Assembly (NCBI GenBank): GCA_963807975.1
Contig: CAWEDV010000001.1
Location: 2,326,508 to 2,390,507 of the forward strand
Length of the DNA: 64,000 nucleotides
Direction of reading: 5' to 3'
Origin: an uncultured Chloroflexia bacterium
Lineage (GTDB): Bacteria; Chloroflexota; Anaerolineae; Promineifilales; Promineifilaceae
Shown here: positions 18,191 through 27,949 of the stretch, piece by piece
Position numbering within the stretch: the stretch's first letter is position 1
How the letters are laid out: each line of letters starts with the position of its first letter
The notes under the pieces: model-generated
Seen by the model: the letters and a program-made list of their open reading frames with translations, nothing else
Database searches by the model: none
Told to the model about the DNA's origin: nothing
Program-made: the position numbers and the translations under genes

Positions 18191-19084
18191 ATGAACCGCG
18201 GCATACTCTACGGCATTGCCGCTTATACTATTTGGGGCTTTCTGCCCCTCTACTGGAAAGCTTTGCTGGAGGTACCCGCGGGCGAAATTCTGGCCAATCG
18301 CATCGTCTGGTCCTTTGTTTTTGTGCTGCTTCTGCTGTCCCTGCAGCGCAAGTGGAGCTGGCTGAAACCAGCGCTTAAACAGCGTCGCGTCTTGCTGACC
18401 TTTACGGCCACCGCTCTTCTGTTGGGTATCAATTGGTTTGTCTATATTTGGGCTGTCAATGCCGGCTTTGTCATCGAAACCAGTCTCGGCTACTTCATCA
18501 ATCCCCTGGTCAATGTGCTTCTGGGCGTTCTTTTTCTGAAGGAAAAGCTGCGCAAATGGCAGGTAGCAGCCCTGGCTCTGGCCGTCGCCGGCGTCCTTTA
18601 CCTGACCATCAGCTATGGCGCCTTCCCCTGGATCGCCCTGACGCTGGCTTTCACCTTTGCTTTTTACGGTCTGCTGCGCAAGACCGCCCCCTTACCTGCC
18701 ACGGAAGGGTTGACTCTGGAAACGGCCGTGCTGGCGCTGCCCGCAGCGGCGGTGATGCTCTATCTGTACCAGTCCGGCGCCGGGTCCTTTGCCCAGGGGG
18801 ATCCGCGCACCACGCTGCTCTTGATCGGCGTGGGCGTAATAACCGCCGTACCTTTGCTCCTATTTTCCGTCGCCGCCCGGCGCATTACCCTCACCAATCT
18901 AGGGCTGCTCCAGTATATCGCCCCCACCTTCCAGTTCTTGCTGGGCATCTTTGTTTTCAACGAGGCTTTTGGACCGCAACAGCTGCTGGGTTTCTCCTTG
19001 ATTTGGACGGCGCTGCTCATTTACAGCTTTGAGAGCATTTGGGTAAGCCGGACCCAATTGAAAAACCAACCTGCGAGGTCTTGA
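18191..19084 (+). CDS. rarD: EamA-family transporter RarD
   Basis: YGIAAYTIWGFLPLYWK, NRIVWSF, GYFINPLVNVLLG motifs. Confidence 0.8.
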   Translation: MNRGILYGIAAYTIWGFLPLYWKALLEVPAGEILANRIVWSFVFVLLLLSLQRKWSWLKPALKQRRVLLTFTATALLLGINWFVYIWAVNAGFVIETSLGYFINPLVNVLLGVLFLKEKLRKWQVAALALAVAGVLYLTISYGAFPWIALTLAFTFAFYGLLRKTAPLPATEGLTLETAVLALPAAAVMLYLYQSGAGSFAQGDPRTTLLLIGVGVITAVPLLLFSVAARRITLTNLGLLQYIAPTFQFLLGIFVFNEAFGPQQLLGFSLIWTALLIYSFESIWVSRTQLKNQPARS

Positions 19085-19147
19085 CACCAATCCTGCGAGG
19101 TCTTGATCCCACACCTGCAGGACCCATGACATTGAGACCTCGCAGGT
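19068..19147 (+). promoter_or_regulatory. Structured element: two direct copies of CCTGCGAGGTCTTGA plus one inverted partner TGAGACCTCGCAGG (mutually exclusive hairpins)
   Basis: Seen directly; overlaps the rarD stop and precedes the ATG at 19162. Confidence 0.5.
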
Positions 19148-19161
19148 TAAAAGAAAGGACA

Positions 19162-20463
19162 ATGCACACAAAAACGCTCTGGATTAAAGAAGAATATTTA
19201 CAACAGATTCTCGACGGCCGTAAATCAATCGAAGTCCGGGTCGCCTACAGCAATATCAGCCGCCTGCGGGTGGGAGACCGGCTGCTGCTCAATGAGCAGT
19301 ACCCCTTTACCATTCAGCGCATCGGCCGTTACGACAACTTCTCCGCGCTGCTGGCTGAAGAAGACGCCGCAGCCATTGCCCCCGACACCTCTCCCGACGA
19401 ATTGCTTTCGCAAATCCGCGCCATCTACCCACCCGAGAAAGAGCAGATGGGGATAATCGCCCTGGAAATTGTGCCCGATGCAGCGCTCAATGTGCATATC
19501 CCCTACCCTTATGAAGCAGAGATCATCGCCAGCCTGAACAATCAGCTTCTCCCAGGCATCAACGTAACGGTTGGCGATAATCTAAAGCATGATCCAGATT
19601 ATCATGTCCTGGTTTCCGGACGGCTGGAAAGGCAGCATCTGACCGCCAGTCCTAATCTGCATACCGTGATCATCCCCTGGGTAGGTATCTCGACTGATAC
19701 TCGCGACCTGCTGGCCGAGTTCCCCCAAATCGCCTTGCACAATTTACACCACAATGCCATCCCCGTGGCCGAAGCGGCCATGGCCTTGCTGCTGTCGGCC
19801 AGCAAAGTGGTTATTCCCTACGATCAGAAGCTGCGTGAGCACGACTGGCGCATGCGCTACACCCGTCCAGGTCCATCCCTGCTCCTGTATGGCAAGACCA
19901 TTCTCATTCTCGGCTACGGCGCCATTGGGCGGCGAATTGCCGCTGCCTGCCATGGTTTGGGCATGCGCGTCGTGGCCGTCAAGAGGATTGTAGAGCAGCC
20001 GTCGGATGAAGCTGCGCATGAGATCCATCCTATGGAGAAGCTGCACCAACTGCTGCCCCAGGCCAATGTGCTCATGATCTGCCTGCCCCTGACCCCGGAG
20101 ACTGAAAGTCTAATTGGACAGCAGGAATTGGACCTGCTGCCTGCCAGGAGCGTGCTGGTCAATGTGGGCCGGGGTCGGATCGTCGATCAAGGAGCGCTTT
20201 ACGCCGCCTTGCTTGATGGCCACCTGCACAGCGCCGGGCTAGATACTTGGTACAACTACCCGCAGGAAAAAGAAGATCGCGCCCATACTCCGCCCGCCGA
20301 CTATCCTTTTCATGAGCTGGATAATGTGGTCATGAGCCCCCATCGCGCTGGTGATACGCTGGAAACGGATCGCCTGCGCATGACCCGCTTATCTCTCCTG
20401 CTGAACAAAATTAGGCAAGGAGAACCTGTTCCCAACCGTGTTGATCTGCAGTTGGGATATTGA
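19162..20463 (+). CDS. ASCH domain fused to a D-isomer-specific 2-hydroxyacid dehydrogenase
   Basis: N-terminal TLWIKEEYLQQILDGRKSIEVRV...RLRVGDRLLL (ASCH/PUA-like). NAD-binding GYGAIGRRIA, and VGRGRIVD and SPHRAG catalytic motifs. Confidence 0.7.
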   Translation: MHTKTLWIKEEYLQQILDGRKSIEVRVAYSNISRLRVGDRLLLNEQYPFTIQRIGRYDNFSALLAEEDAAAIAPDTSPDELLSQIRAIYPPEKEQMGIIALEIVPDAALNVHIPYPYEAEIIASLNNQLLPGINVTVGDNLKHDPDYHVLVSGRLERQHLTASPNLHTVIIPWVGISTDTRDLLAEFPQIALHNLHHNAIPVAEAAMALLLSASKVVIPYDQKLREHDWRMRYTRPGPSLLLYGKTILILGYGAIGRRIAAACHGLGMRVVAVKRIVEQPSDEAAHEIHPMEKLHQLLPQANVLMICLPLTPETESLIGQQELDLLPARSVLVNVGRGRIVDQGALYAALLDGHLHSAGLDTWYNYPQEKEDRAHTPPADYPFHELDNVVMSPHRAGDTLETDRLRMTRLSLLLNKIRQGEPVPNRVDLQLGY

Positions 20464-20496
20464 CACGAAATGAGCAAATAGGCACGACAATCGATT

Positions 20497-20860
20497 CTTA
20501 AGCCATAATTCCTGAAGCATAATTCTTAAAGCCTAATCTTGAAGCTTATTCTTGAAACTTATTCTTGAAACTTATTCCTGAAGCTTATTCTTGAAGCTTA
20601 ATCTTGAAACTTATTCTTGAAGCTTATTCTTGAAGCTTATTCTTGAAGCTTATTCTTGAAGCTTATTCTTGAAACTTATTCTTGAAACTTATTCTTGAAA
20701 CTTATTCTTGAAACTTATTCTTGAAACTTATTCTTGAAACTTATTCTTGAAACTTATTCTTGAAACTTATTCTTGAAACTTATTCTTGAAACATATTCTT
20801 GAAACTTATTCTTGAAACATATTCTTGAAACATATTCTTGAAACATATTCTTGAAACATA
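20497..20860. repeat. Minisatellite: about 30 tandem copies of a 12-bp unit (consensus CTTATTCTTGAAR)
   Basis: Seen directly. Degenerate units at both ends (ATAATTC.., CATATTC..) and near-identical units in the centre; no spacers. Confidence 0.9.
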
Positions 20861-20995
20861 ATCATCGCCTTTGTTTATTCACGCTTTGTCAATGTTTGCA
20901 GGTTTTTCGATCTGCTACAATCACAACGGTTTTACGAAAATATCTGGCATTGTGGACCAATCATCTGCACATGACGGCCGTTCAGGTTGCCTAAT

Positions 20996-23248
20996 ATGAA
21001 AAGTAATCATCTGCTTTTATGGCTTGTTGTCGCTGTTTCACTCATTTTTAAAACTGTCCAAGATACAAAAGCCAATGAATGGCGAATCATAAACGAAGAA
21101 CTCGTTCTCATCTCCAGCGATTTTGCAGCATGGGAAGGTGATGGCTTACTGGTTGCCAGCGACGGTCTTACGCTGGCTGAGTCTGCCGGTAGCGGCTCTC
21201 TCACCTCACCGCCGATCATGGCCCCTTTTTCCTTTAATGCCGTTGGGGCGCAGTGGCTGGTCGATGGAGCGGGAGATCATGACCTGCAACTGCTCCTGCG
21301 CAGCGGCAGCAGCGCATCGGAGTGGAGCGCCTGGCGCGAGATTCACGCCTCCCCAGATATGAACGATGCCCAGGATGCACACCACGTGGGCGACCTCTTC
21401 TTTGTTCCCGGGTCGGCGGGCACGCATTCCTACGTACAGGTCAAAGTCGCACTCAACCGCGGGGATGACAAGCTGGATCCGCTGCTCAGCGAACTGCGCT
21501 TTACCTTCATCGATTCGACTGCCGGGCCGACCACGGCGGAACTGGTGAAGATGCAGAAAACACTGGACCAGCGGCAAGACCGCAGCCCAGAGGAAGCAGC
21601 TAACTCAGCCGCCGCCTATTCGAAGCCCTTTGTACTCAGCCGCGCCGTTTGGTGCACCTCTCCTGCTTGCCATTACGAAGATGGCCTTCAATACGAGCCC
21701 GTTACCCACCTTATTTTGCACCACACGGTGGGCATACCAGATGGGGATTCGGCGGCGCAAATACGCGCCTATTGGTCCTACCATACCTATACAAAGCAGT
21801 GGGGTGATATCGGCTATAACTTTGTGATCGACCTCCAGGGCTATATTTTCGAAGGGCACCTTGGCGGAGACGACGTAGTGGGCACGCATGCCGGCAATGC
21901 CAACGCGGGCAGTATGGGAGTCTCCATGATCGGTACCTATTCGACCAAGGAACCTACGCCGGACATGAAGGAAGCAATCATCGATTTATTCGCCTGGAAG
22001 GCGGATCAGCGCGATATCGATGTTTTTGATGCCAGCTCCTTGCCCAATATGGATTGGGGCCTGCCCCACGTCATGGGACATCGTGATGTATACGGCACGA
22101 CGGAATGTCCAGGGGGTTCAGCACACAAGCTGCTCCCCGCCATTCGTGATGAAGTGGCCAAACGCATCGGTCTGCAGTCACCACATATTTATGTGGACGA
22201 GTTGAGCAGCAGTTTCACCAAGAGCAATGCCAATTGGTATACGGGCGCTGCGCAGTGCGGGCACAATTCCCACGCCTGGCATACCTGGTCGACGACCGAT
22301 CCCAACCAGGCCGTCAATTGGGGAGAATGGCGGCCTCATGTGCCGGAAAACGGCCGCTACAAAATTGAAGTCCATATCCCCTTCTGTCGCACCGGCAAAG
22401 ATGAAACAGCATCTGCCAGGTACACCATCACCCATGCCACAGGAACCAGTGACGTACTGATTGACCAGCAGAAAAACCTAGGTCTGTGGACCTCGCTGGG
22501 CGAGTACACCCTGCCGCCTGGAACCAGCAGCGTCATTCATCTGACCGATCTGACAACCACGGACAATGGGCTGGGGCTCTGGTTTGATGCCCTGCGCCTG
22601 CTGCCGCTAGAAGCGCTTCCCACTGCCGTGATCGAGTCACCCGTTGATAAAGCCTGGCTGAACAACCGCCAGGTGCCTTTCCAATGGCGCATTGAAATTC
22701 CGGAACAAGTAGCTCAAACGACGCTGCAAGTTGCCACAGATGCCCAGTTCCAAAGTCTCGTGATGAGTAAGGAATGGTCCGGCCCCGTCGAATCCCATAC
22801 CCTTTCATTCTCGCGCGACTATGGTGCGCTCTACTGGCGCGTGATCCTCAAGTCGCTGTCGGGAAACAATTACCCGACGGCAGCCGGTCGTTTTGGTATC
22901 GACTCGGAGGCTCCTGTTTCCTCCGTTTACTCTCTATCCTGGCTGGCCTGGAGCAAGCAATACAAGGTGTCCTGGAGTGGCAACGATGCTCTCAACTATA
23001 TCGCTCATTATGAGATCGAGTACCGGGCCACGAGTGGAGACACAGCCTGGAAGCCATGGCTGAAAGGCACCAGCGGCACCACGGCCCACTTCACGCCTCC
23101 TGTGCCCGGCCTGGTTTACCAGTTCCGCAGCCGGGCCACAGACAGCCTGGGCCACGTGGAAGCGGCGCACCCTGCAGCCGATGCCAGCACAGAACAGGCA
23201 GATTCTCTTTCCCATGCTATAATCCTACCCGTTATATACAAAAGATAA
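20996..23248 (+). CDS. Secreted N-acetylmuramoyl-L-alanine amidase (Amidase_2/PGRP domain) with C-terminal FN3-like domains
   Basis: Signal peptide MKSNHLLLWLVVAVSLIF. ILHHTVG...GYNFVID..GTHAGNANAGSMGV...HRDVYGTTECPG. C-terminal YEIEYRATSGDTAWKPWL...YQFRSRATD (FN3). Confidence 0.75.
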   Translation: MKSNHLLLWLVVAVSLIFKTVQDTKANEWRIINEELVLISSDFAAWEGDGLLVASDGLTLAESAGSGSLTSPPIMAPFSFNAVGAQWLVDGAGDHDLQLLLRSGSSASEWSAWREIHASPDMNDAQDAHHVGDLFFVPGSAGTHSYVQVKVALNRGDDKLDPLLSELRFTFIDSTAGPTTAELVKMQKTLDQRQDRSPEEAANSAAAYSKPFVLSRAVWCTSPACHYEDGLQYEPVTHLILHHTVGIPDGDSAAQIRAYWSYHTYTKQWGDIGYNFVIDLQGYIFEGHLGGDDVVGTHAGNANAGSMGVSMIGTYSTKEPTPDMKEAIIDLFAWKADQRDIDVFDASSLPNMDWGLPHVMGHRDVYGTTECPGGSAHKLLPAIRDEVAKRIGLQSPHIYVDELSSSFTKSNANWYTGAAQCGHNSHAWHTWSTTDPNQAVNWGEWRPHVPENGRYKIEVHIPFCRTGKDETASARYTITHATGTSDVLIDQQKNLGLWTSLGEYTLPPGTSSVIHLTDLTTTDNGLGLWFDALRLLPLEALPTAVIESPVDKAWLNNRQVPFQWRIEIPEQVAQTTLQVATDAQFQSLVMSKEWSGPVESHTLSFSRDYGALYWRVILKSLSGNNYPTAAGRFGIDSEAPVSSVYSLSWLAWSKQYKVSWSGNDALNYIAHYEIEYRATSGDTAWKPWLKGTSGTTAHFTPPVPGLVYQFRSRATDSLGHVEAAHPAADASTEQADSLSHAIILPVIYKR

Positions 23249-23362
23249 TCAAGAACCCCGGTTTTTGGTGAATAGTGATGACATGGTTGTGACGCCATTT
23301 TCACTGCCAACATTATCGAATAACCGGGGTTCTACGACTTAACACGAAAGGTTTCTTCTACT

Positions 23363-24550
23363 ATGTCAGAGATAGAAAATGTTGATGTCCTGATCATCGG
23401 ATCAGGACCGTCAGGCACTTCGACTGCCCTGCACCTGGTGAAAACAAACCCTGAGTGGGCCAAGCACATCGTAATCCTGGAGAAGGAAGTCCACCCGCGC
23501 GAAAAGCTGTGCGGCGGTGGCGTGCTGCACATGGGCACCAATATTCTGGCCCGGCTGGGCCTGCCCTTCGAACCAGACCATTTTGCGGTTCACGAAGCGC
23601 GCCTCGTCTACGAAGACAAAAGCTACTCGCTCTACGGTAATCCCATCTTTCGCATCACTCGTCGCGATGAATTTGACCATTGGCTGGTACGCACCGCTGA
23701 AACGCTGGGCGTAACCGTGCGACAGGGCGAAGCAGTCACTGATATTGTCGCCCATGACAGTTATTATGAGGTCAAAACAGCCCGGGCAACCTTCCACGCC
23801 CGCACCGTAGTCGGCGCCGACGGCTCGCGCAGCTTTGTACGCCGCCGTTTAAAATGGGATGATGATTCCCGCGTGGCCCGGCTGATGGAGGTGTTGACGC
23901 CGGAGGATGCGCGCTTGCAGCCGGAATTCAAGGATGGTGTTGCCGTGTTTGATTTCACGCATATGACTGATGGGCTGCAGGGGTATTATTGGGATTTCCC
24001 CAGCTTCGTCAATGGCCAACCTTTTATGAACCGCGGTCTCTTTGATAGCCGTGCGCGTCCGGAACGGCCGAAGGCGGACCTGAAACAGACCCTGCGTAAT
24101 TCAATGGCGGTGCGCGATCGCAATCTCGATGATTACAAACTGAAGGGACATCCTATACGATGGTGGAGCAAAGACGGCCGTTTTGCCATGCCCCATATCC
24201 TACTCGTGGGCGACGCCGCTGGCGCCGATCCCCTCTTTGGCGAGGGCATTTCTTTCGCCCTAGGCTACGGGGAAGTAGCTGCCGCGGCCATAGATGATGC
24301 CTTCACCCGCCAGGATTTTGGATTCGCAACCTACCGCGATCGCCTGCTGGCTGATCCGCTGTTCCGGCAGTTGGACGTGCGCACGCGCATGGCCCGTTTC
24401 GCTTATTTCTTAAAATACCCTTGGCTGGTCCGTCTCGGATGGCGCATTGCGCCCTTATTCGCCCGTTTCAGCCGCTGGTCCGATCCCGCGTATGATCCAA
24501 CGGAGCAGCCTAAATTCATGCTTGTCGATCTGGCCCAGCCCGGTTCGTAG
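23363..24550 (+). CDS. FAD-dependent oxidoreductase, geranylgeranyl-reductase family
   Basis: VDVLIIGSGPSGTSTA...EKEVHPREKLCGGGV. Confidence 0.75.
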   Translation: MSEIENVDVLIIGSGPSGTSTALHLVKTNPEWAKHIVILEKEVHPREKLCGGGVLHMGTNILARLGLPFEPDHFAVHEARLVYEDKSYSLYGNPIFRITRRDEFDHWLVRTAETLGVTVRQGEAVTDIVAHDSYYEVKTARATFHARTVVGADGSRSFVRRRLKWDDDSRVARLMEVLTPEDARLQPEFKDGVAVFDFTHMTDGLQGYYWDFPSFVNGQPFMNRGLFDSRARPERPKADLKQTLRNSMAVRDRNLDDYKLKGHPIRWWSKDGRFAMPHILLVGDAAGADPLFGEGISFALGYGEVAAAAIDDAFTRQDFGFATYRDRLLADPLFRQLDVRTRMARFAYFLKYPWLVRLGWRIAPLFARFSRWSDPAYDPTEQPKFMLVDLAQPGS

Positions 24551-24598
24551 GGCAACAAAAGGGCAGGCACAAGGCTACGGCCCTACAGTCTTGGAAAT

Positions 24599-24627
24599 AA
24601 AAACAGCCGCATAATGCGGCTGTTTTT
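24599..24627. terminator. Bidirectional rho-independent terminator (AAAAA CAGCCGC ATAAT GCGGCTG TTTTT)
   Basis: Perfect 7-bp stem with A-run and T-run flanks, between the 23363 gene and the tRNA-Val 3' end. Confidence 0.75.
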
Positions 24628-24629
24628 AG

Positions 24630-24703
<74 letters not shown>

Positions 24704-24910
24704 GAATTACGGAGCTAAATTATAGCAATCTTCTGACGGCCGTCAACGAAAACTTAAGAAGGTGGTGAGCATCAGATCCGTAACACCCACAGCGACTTTA
24801 ACACTATTACTGCACACACCTACTCGGAGCCCAACAGCAACGCCGCGACCGTCCCCTTCACAACCACAATCCCGGCCCTCTCTTGACATCCTTCCTCGCG
24901 CATGTTATTA

Positions 24911-24940
24911 TGGTATCGTTACCATATGGTAACGATACCA
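24911..24940. promoter_or_regulatory. Perfect 30-bp palindrome TGGTATCGTTACCAT|ATGGTAACGATACCA overlapping a TTGACA-N17-TATTAT promoter: putative LacI-family operator
   Basis: Seen directly. Lies 34-63 bp upstream of the LacI-family gene's ATG (24974). Confidence 0.6.
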
Positions 24941-24973
24941 CATATGCTTTTCAGCCATGGTTCGAATAGAAAG

Positions 24974-25978
24974 ATGACCACAATTCATGATGTTGCCAAA
25001 AAAGCCGGCGTAGCGCCCATCACCGTTTCTAGAGTGATCAACAACTCCGGTTACGCCAGCGCCGAAACCCGCCGGCGGGTGCAAGAAGCCGCCGCCGAAT
25101 TGGGCTATGTGCCCAACCGCATGGCCCGCGGCCTGCGCACCAAGCGCTCCAACACCATCGCCCTGGTCTTAACCGACATCACCAACCCCTTTTTCACCAC
25201 CGTAGCCCGCGGGGTCGAAGATGTCGCCAATCAAGCGGGCCTGACCGTAACCTACTGCAACACCGATGAGGACGCCGATAAGGAAAAACGATACCTCGAT
25301 CTCTTAATCCAACAGCAGGTAGACGGCATCTTGCTGGTGCCGGCGCAGGGTGACGCTGACATGGTCGCCTATGTGCAGCAGCACAATATCCCGGTCGTCG
25401 TCCTGGACCGCCGCTTGCAGGAAGCGCAAAGTGACGTGGTGCGCTGCGATTCGGAAGAAGGCGCTTACCAACTGGTACGACTCCTACTGGACCTGGGACA
25501 CCAGCGCATTGCCTTATTGGGCGGCCCTCAAGGGGCGAGCACGGCCGATGACCGGCAGGCCGGATACAGGCGCGCCATGACCGAAGCAGCAATTGAAACG
25601 GCCGATCTGGAACATTACGGCACCTTTAACCAGACCAGCGGCTACCAAATGACCCAAGAAGCGCTGAGCGTCACTCCCAAACCCACGGCGCTGTTCGCAG
25701 CCAACAACTTCATCGCCATTGGCGCCCTAAAGGCCTTGCTAGACAACGGGCTTGATGTGCCGCAGGATATGGCCCTGGTCGGTTTTGACGACCTGCCCCC
25801 TGCCCTGATCACTTTCCCATTCTTAACCGTCGCCGCCCAGCCCGCCTATGAGATGGCCCAGAAGGGGGCCGAACTGCTCCTGGCCCGGATTGCAGGCCCA
25901 GAACGAGAGGAATTTGAAGAGATTGTATTACCAACGGATTTGATTGTGCGCCAATCCAGCGGAGAAGCGCTAAACTGA
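24974..25978 (+). CDS. LacI family transcriptional regulator
   Basis: HTH TIHDVAKKAGVAPITVSRVINN; periplasmic-binding-protein-like sugar-binding core. Confidence 0.85.
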   Translation: MTTIHDVAKKAGVAPITVSRVINNSGYASAETRRRVQEAAAELGYVPNRMARGLRTKRSNTIALVLTDITNPFFTTVARGVEDVANQAGLTVTYCNTDEDADKEKRYLDLLIQQQVDGILLVPAQGDADMVAYVQQHNIPVVVLDRRLQEAQSDVVRCDSEEGAYQLVRLLLDLGHQRIALLGGPQGASTADDRQAGYRRAMTEAAIETADLEHYGTFNQTSGYQMTQEALSVTPKPTALFAANNFIAIGALKALLDNGLDVPQDMALVGFDDLPPALITFPFLTVAAQPAYEMAQKGAELLLARIAGPEREEFEEIVLPTDLIVRQSSGEALN

Positions 25979-26009
25979 AACGCTCCTATCAAAAAGTAAA
26001 GAGGACAAA

Positions 26010-27056
26010 ATGAGGTCACAAGCAACTGCAGCAACAACAATAAACAAAGATGATTTGATCGTCATTACCGGAGCAGGCGGTTTTATCGCCGGCGCTTTGG
26101 CACGCTATTTCCATGACCAGGGTTTCACCCGCATCCGCGCCGTGGATAAGAAACCCCTCTGCCAATGGTATCAGCGCGTTCCTGGCGTTGAGAGCCTGTG
26201 CCTGGACGTTAGCTATCGCGACAACTGTGAGCGCGCCGTAGAAGGAGCACGCGAGGTCTACAATCTTGCCGCCGATATGGGTGGCATGGGCTTCATTGAG
26301 AATTTTCGCGTCGAATGTCTGCGCTCCGTCTTGATCAACACGCACATGATCGAAGCCGCTTATCGAGCCGGTGTAGAGCGTTATTTCTTCTCCTCTTCCG
26401 CCTGCGCCTATAATACGGATCTACAGAATGACCCCAATGTACGCGCCCTGAAAGAGACCGATGCTTATCCCGCCATGGCCGAAAGAGGGTACGGCTGGGA
26501 AAAACTGATCTCGGAAATGTTCTGTGAAGAATATTCGGCTGAACGTGGCATGAAAACCGCTATCGCTCGTTTCCACAATGTCTACGGCCCCTATGGCACC
26601 TGGGATGGCGGGCGCGAGAAAGCGCCGGCAGCCCTCAGCCGCAAGGTTATCGAGGCCCAAGATACGAACAACTGCGAAATAACGATCTGGGGCAACGGGG
26701 ATCAAACCCGCAGCTTCATGTACATCGACGATTGTGTACGCGGCATTGATATGATCATGCACAGCCCAGAGCTGGTGGCCACGCCGGTTAACCTCGGCTC
26801 GAGCGAGCTCATATCCATCAACGACCTGGTCAGCCACGTAGAGGCTGTTGCCGGCGTCAAGCTGGAACGCCACTACGATCTGGACGCACCGCAAGGAGTC
26901 GCTGGACGCAACAGCGATAACACCTTCATTCAACAAACCTTGGGCTGGGAACCGACCACTCCTTTTAGCGAAGGGATCGCCAAGACCTATGCCTGGATTC
27001 AAGAACAGTATGCCGATCGCCAGGCCGGGAAACCCACGCCGGCAGGAGAATACTAA
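26010..27056 (+). CDS. GDP-mannose 3,5-epimerase (GME-type extended SDR)
   Basis: ITGAGGFIAGALARYF, NLAADMGGMGFI, SSACAYN, RFHNVYGPYGTWDGGREKAPAALSRK, TRSFMYIDDCV, GVAGRNSDN, LGWEPT...AKTYAWIQEQ. These match near-collinearly the hallmark blocks of plant/bacterial GME. Confidence 0.85.
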   Translation: MRSQATAATTINKDDLIVITGAGGFIAGALARYFHDQGFTRIRAVDKKPLCQWYQRVPGVESLCLDVSYRDNCERAVEGAREVYNLAADMGGMGFIENFRVECLRSVLINTHMIEAAYRAGVERYFFSSSACAYNTDLQNDPNVRALKETDAYPAMAERGYGWEKLISEMFCEEYSAERGMKTAIARFHNVYGPYGTWDGGREKAPAALSRKVIEAQDTNNCEITIWGNGDQTRSFMYIDDCVRGIDMIMHSPELVATPVNLGSSELISINDLVSHVEAVAGVKLERHYDLDAPQGVAGRNSDNTFIQQTLGWEPTTPFSEGIAKTYAWIQEQYADRQAGKPTPAGEY

Positions 27057-27127
27057 AAAACAAGCTGTCTACTACCATTCTCCCGGAAACGTCGAGTTTC
27101 TGGGAAAATGGAGGCTTTTTGGTTGAG

Positions 27128-27949
27128 ATGAGCAAGATCGCAGACAAAACCACCGCTATCACAGATGTCATCGGCAATCTGCCCTATCGCATGGCCTTTG
27201 CCGGAGGCTGGATCGACCAACCATTTGTTTCACAGCGTAACCCCTCTCCCCCTGGATCAATGGTTGTTGTGGCCATTGAACCAACCGGCCACTTCATGAA
27301 CCGTTGCGGTATGGGGACAAGCACACGGCGCATGGCTGAAGAACTGTGGCAGGACAGCCTGCCAGATGCCGATCCGGCACAACTGGTAAAGGATTTATAC
27401 GAAGCGGAAAACGCCGGGCAGGCTGAACCTTCCGGATCACAAGATATGATTGGTCTAATTTATCCCGGCGTCAACCGCCTCGATTATGATTACACCCATG
27501 AAGAAGGTCTTTACCCGGTACATATCGCATCCAACAACGATCCCGCGGTGGCGCGCTGGCTGGATTCAGTCATTTACATGGTGCCTATCGCTCAGCGCCC
27601 TGCCGGCTATAATCCCTTGGGGATTAAGAACCTTGATCCCACCTGGATCCAACGTTTGGGCCAGACAGGCCAGGATTGCTACAATGCCATCGTTGCTCAG
27701 GACATGGACGGTCTCGGCCGTTCCATGAATGAATGTATGCGCTGTTGGGAAGTTATTTTGCCCCAAACCGTGCGCCACCCAACCATTCAATTAGATCTGA
27801 TGGGCATCCTCGGCCATTATCAGCAGCGCTACGCGGGAGCGATGTATTCCGGCTGCGGTGGGGGCTACATATACGTCGTCGCCGATGAGCCGGTGCCCGG
27901 TGGGTTCCAGGTAAATGTGCACATAGACGAAAAGAGGCATCGACTATGA
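27128..27949 (+). CDS. GHMP-family sugar kinase (short)
   Basis: YRMAFAGGWIDQPF (RISLAGGGTD-like). GMGTSTRRMAEEL (degenerate GLGSSAA). C-terminal MYSGCGGGYIYVVADEP (GAGGGG). TGA stop overlaps the next ATG. Confidence 0.6.
   Translation: MSKIADKTTAITDVIGNLPYRMAFAGGWIDQPFVSQRNPSPPGSMVVVAIEPTGHFMNRCGMGTSTRRMAEELWQDSLPDADPAQLVKDLYEAENAGQAEPSGSQDMIGLIYPGVNRLDYDYTHEEGLYPVHIASNNDPAVARWLDSVIYMVPIAQRPAGYNPLGIKNLDPTWIQRLGQTGQDCYNAIVAQDMDGLGRSMNECMRCWEVILPQTVRHPTIQLDLMGILGHYQQRYAGAMYSGCGGGYIYVVADEPVPGGFQVNVHIDEKRHRL

Noticed and set aside
20497-20860. Possible CRISPR array
   Set aside because: The 12-bp units are contiguous with no unique spacers and are far shorter than CRISPR repeats. No cas genes are nearby. 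Classified as a minisatellite.
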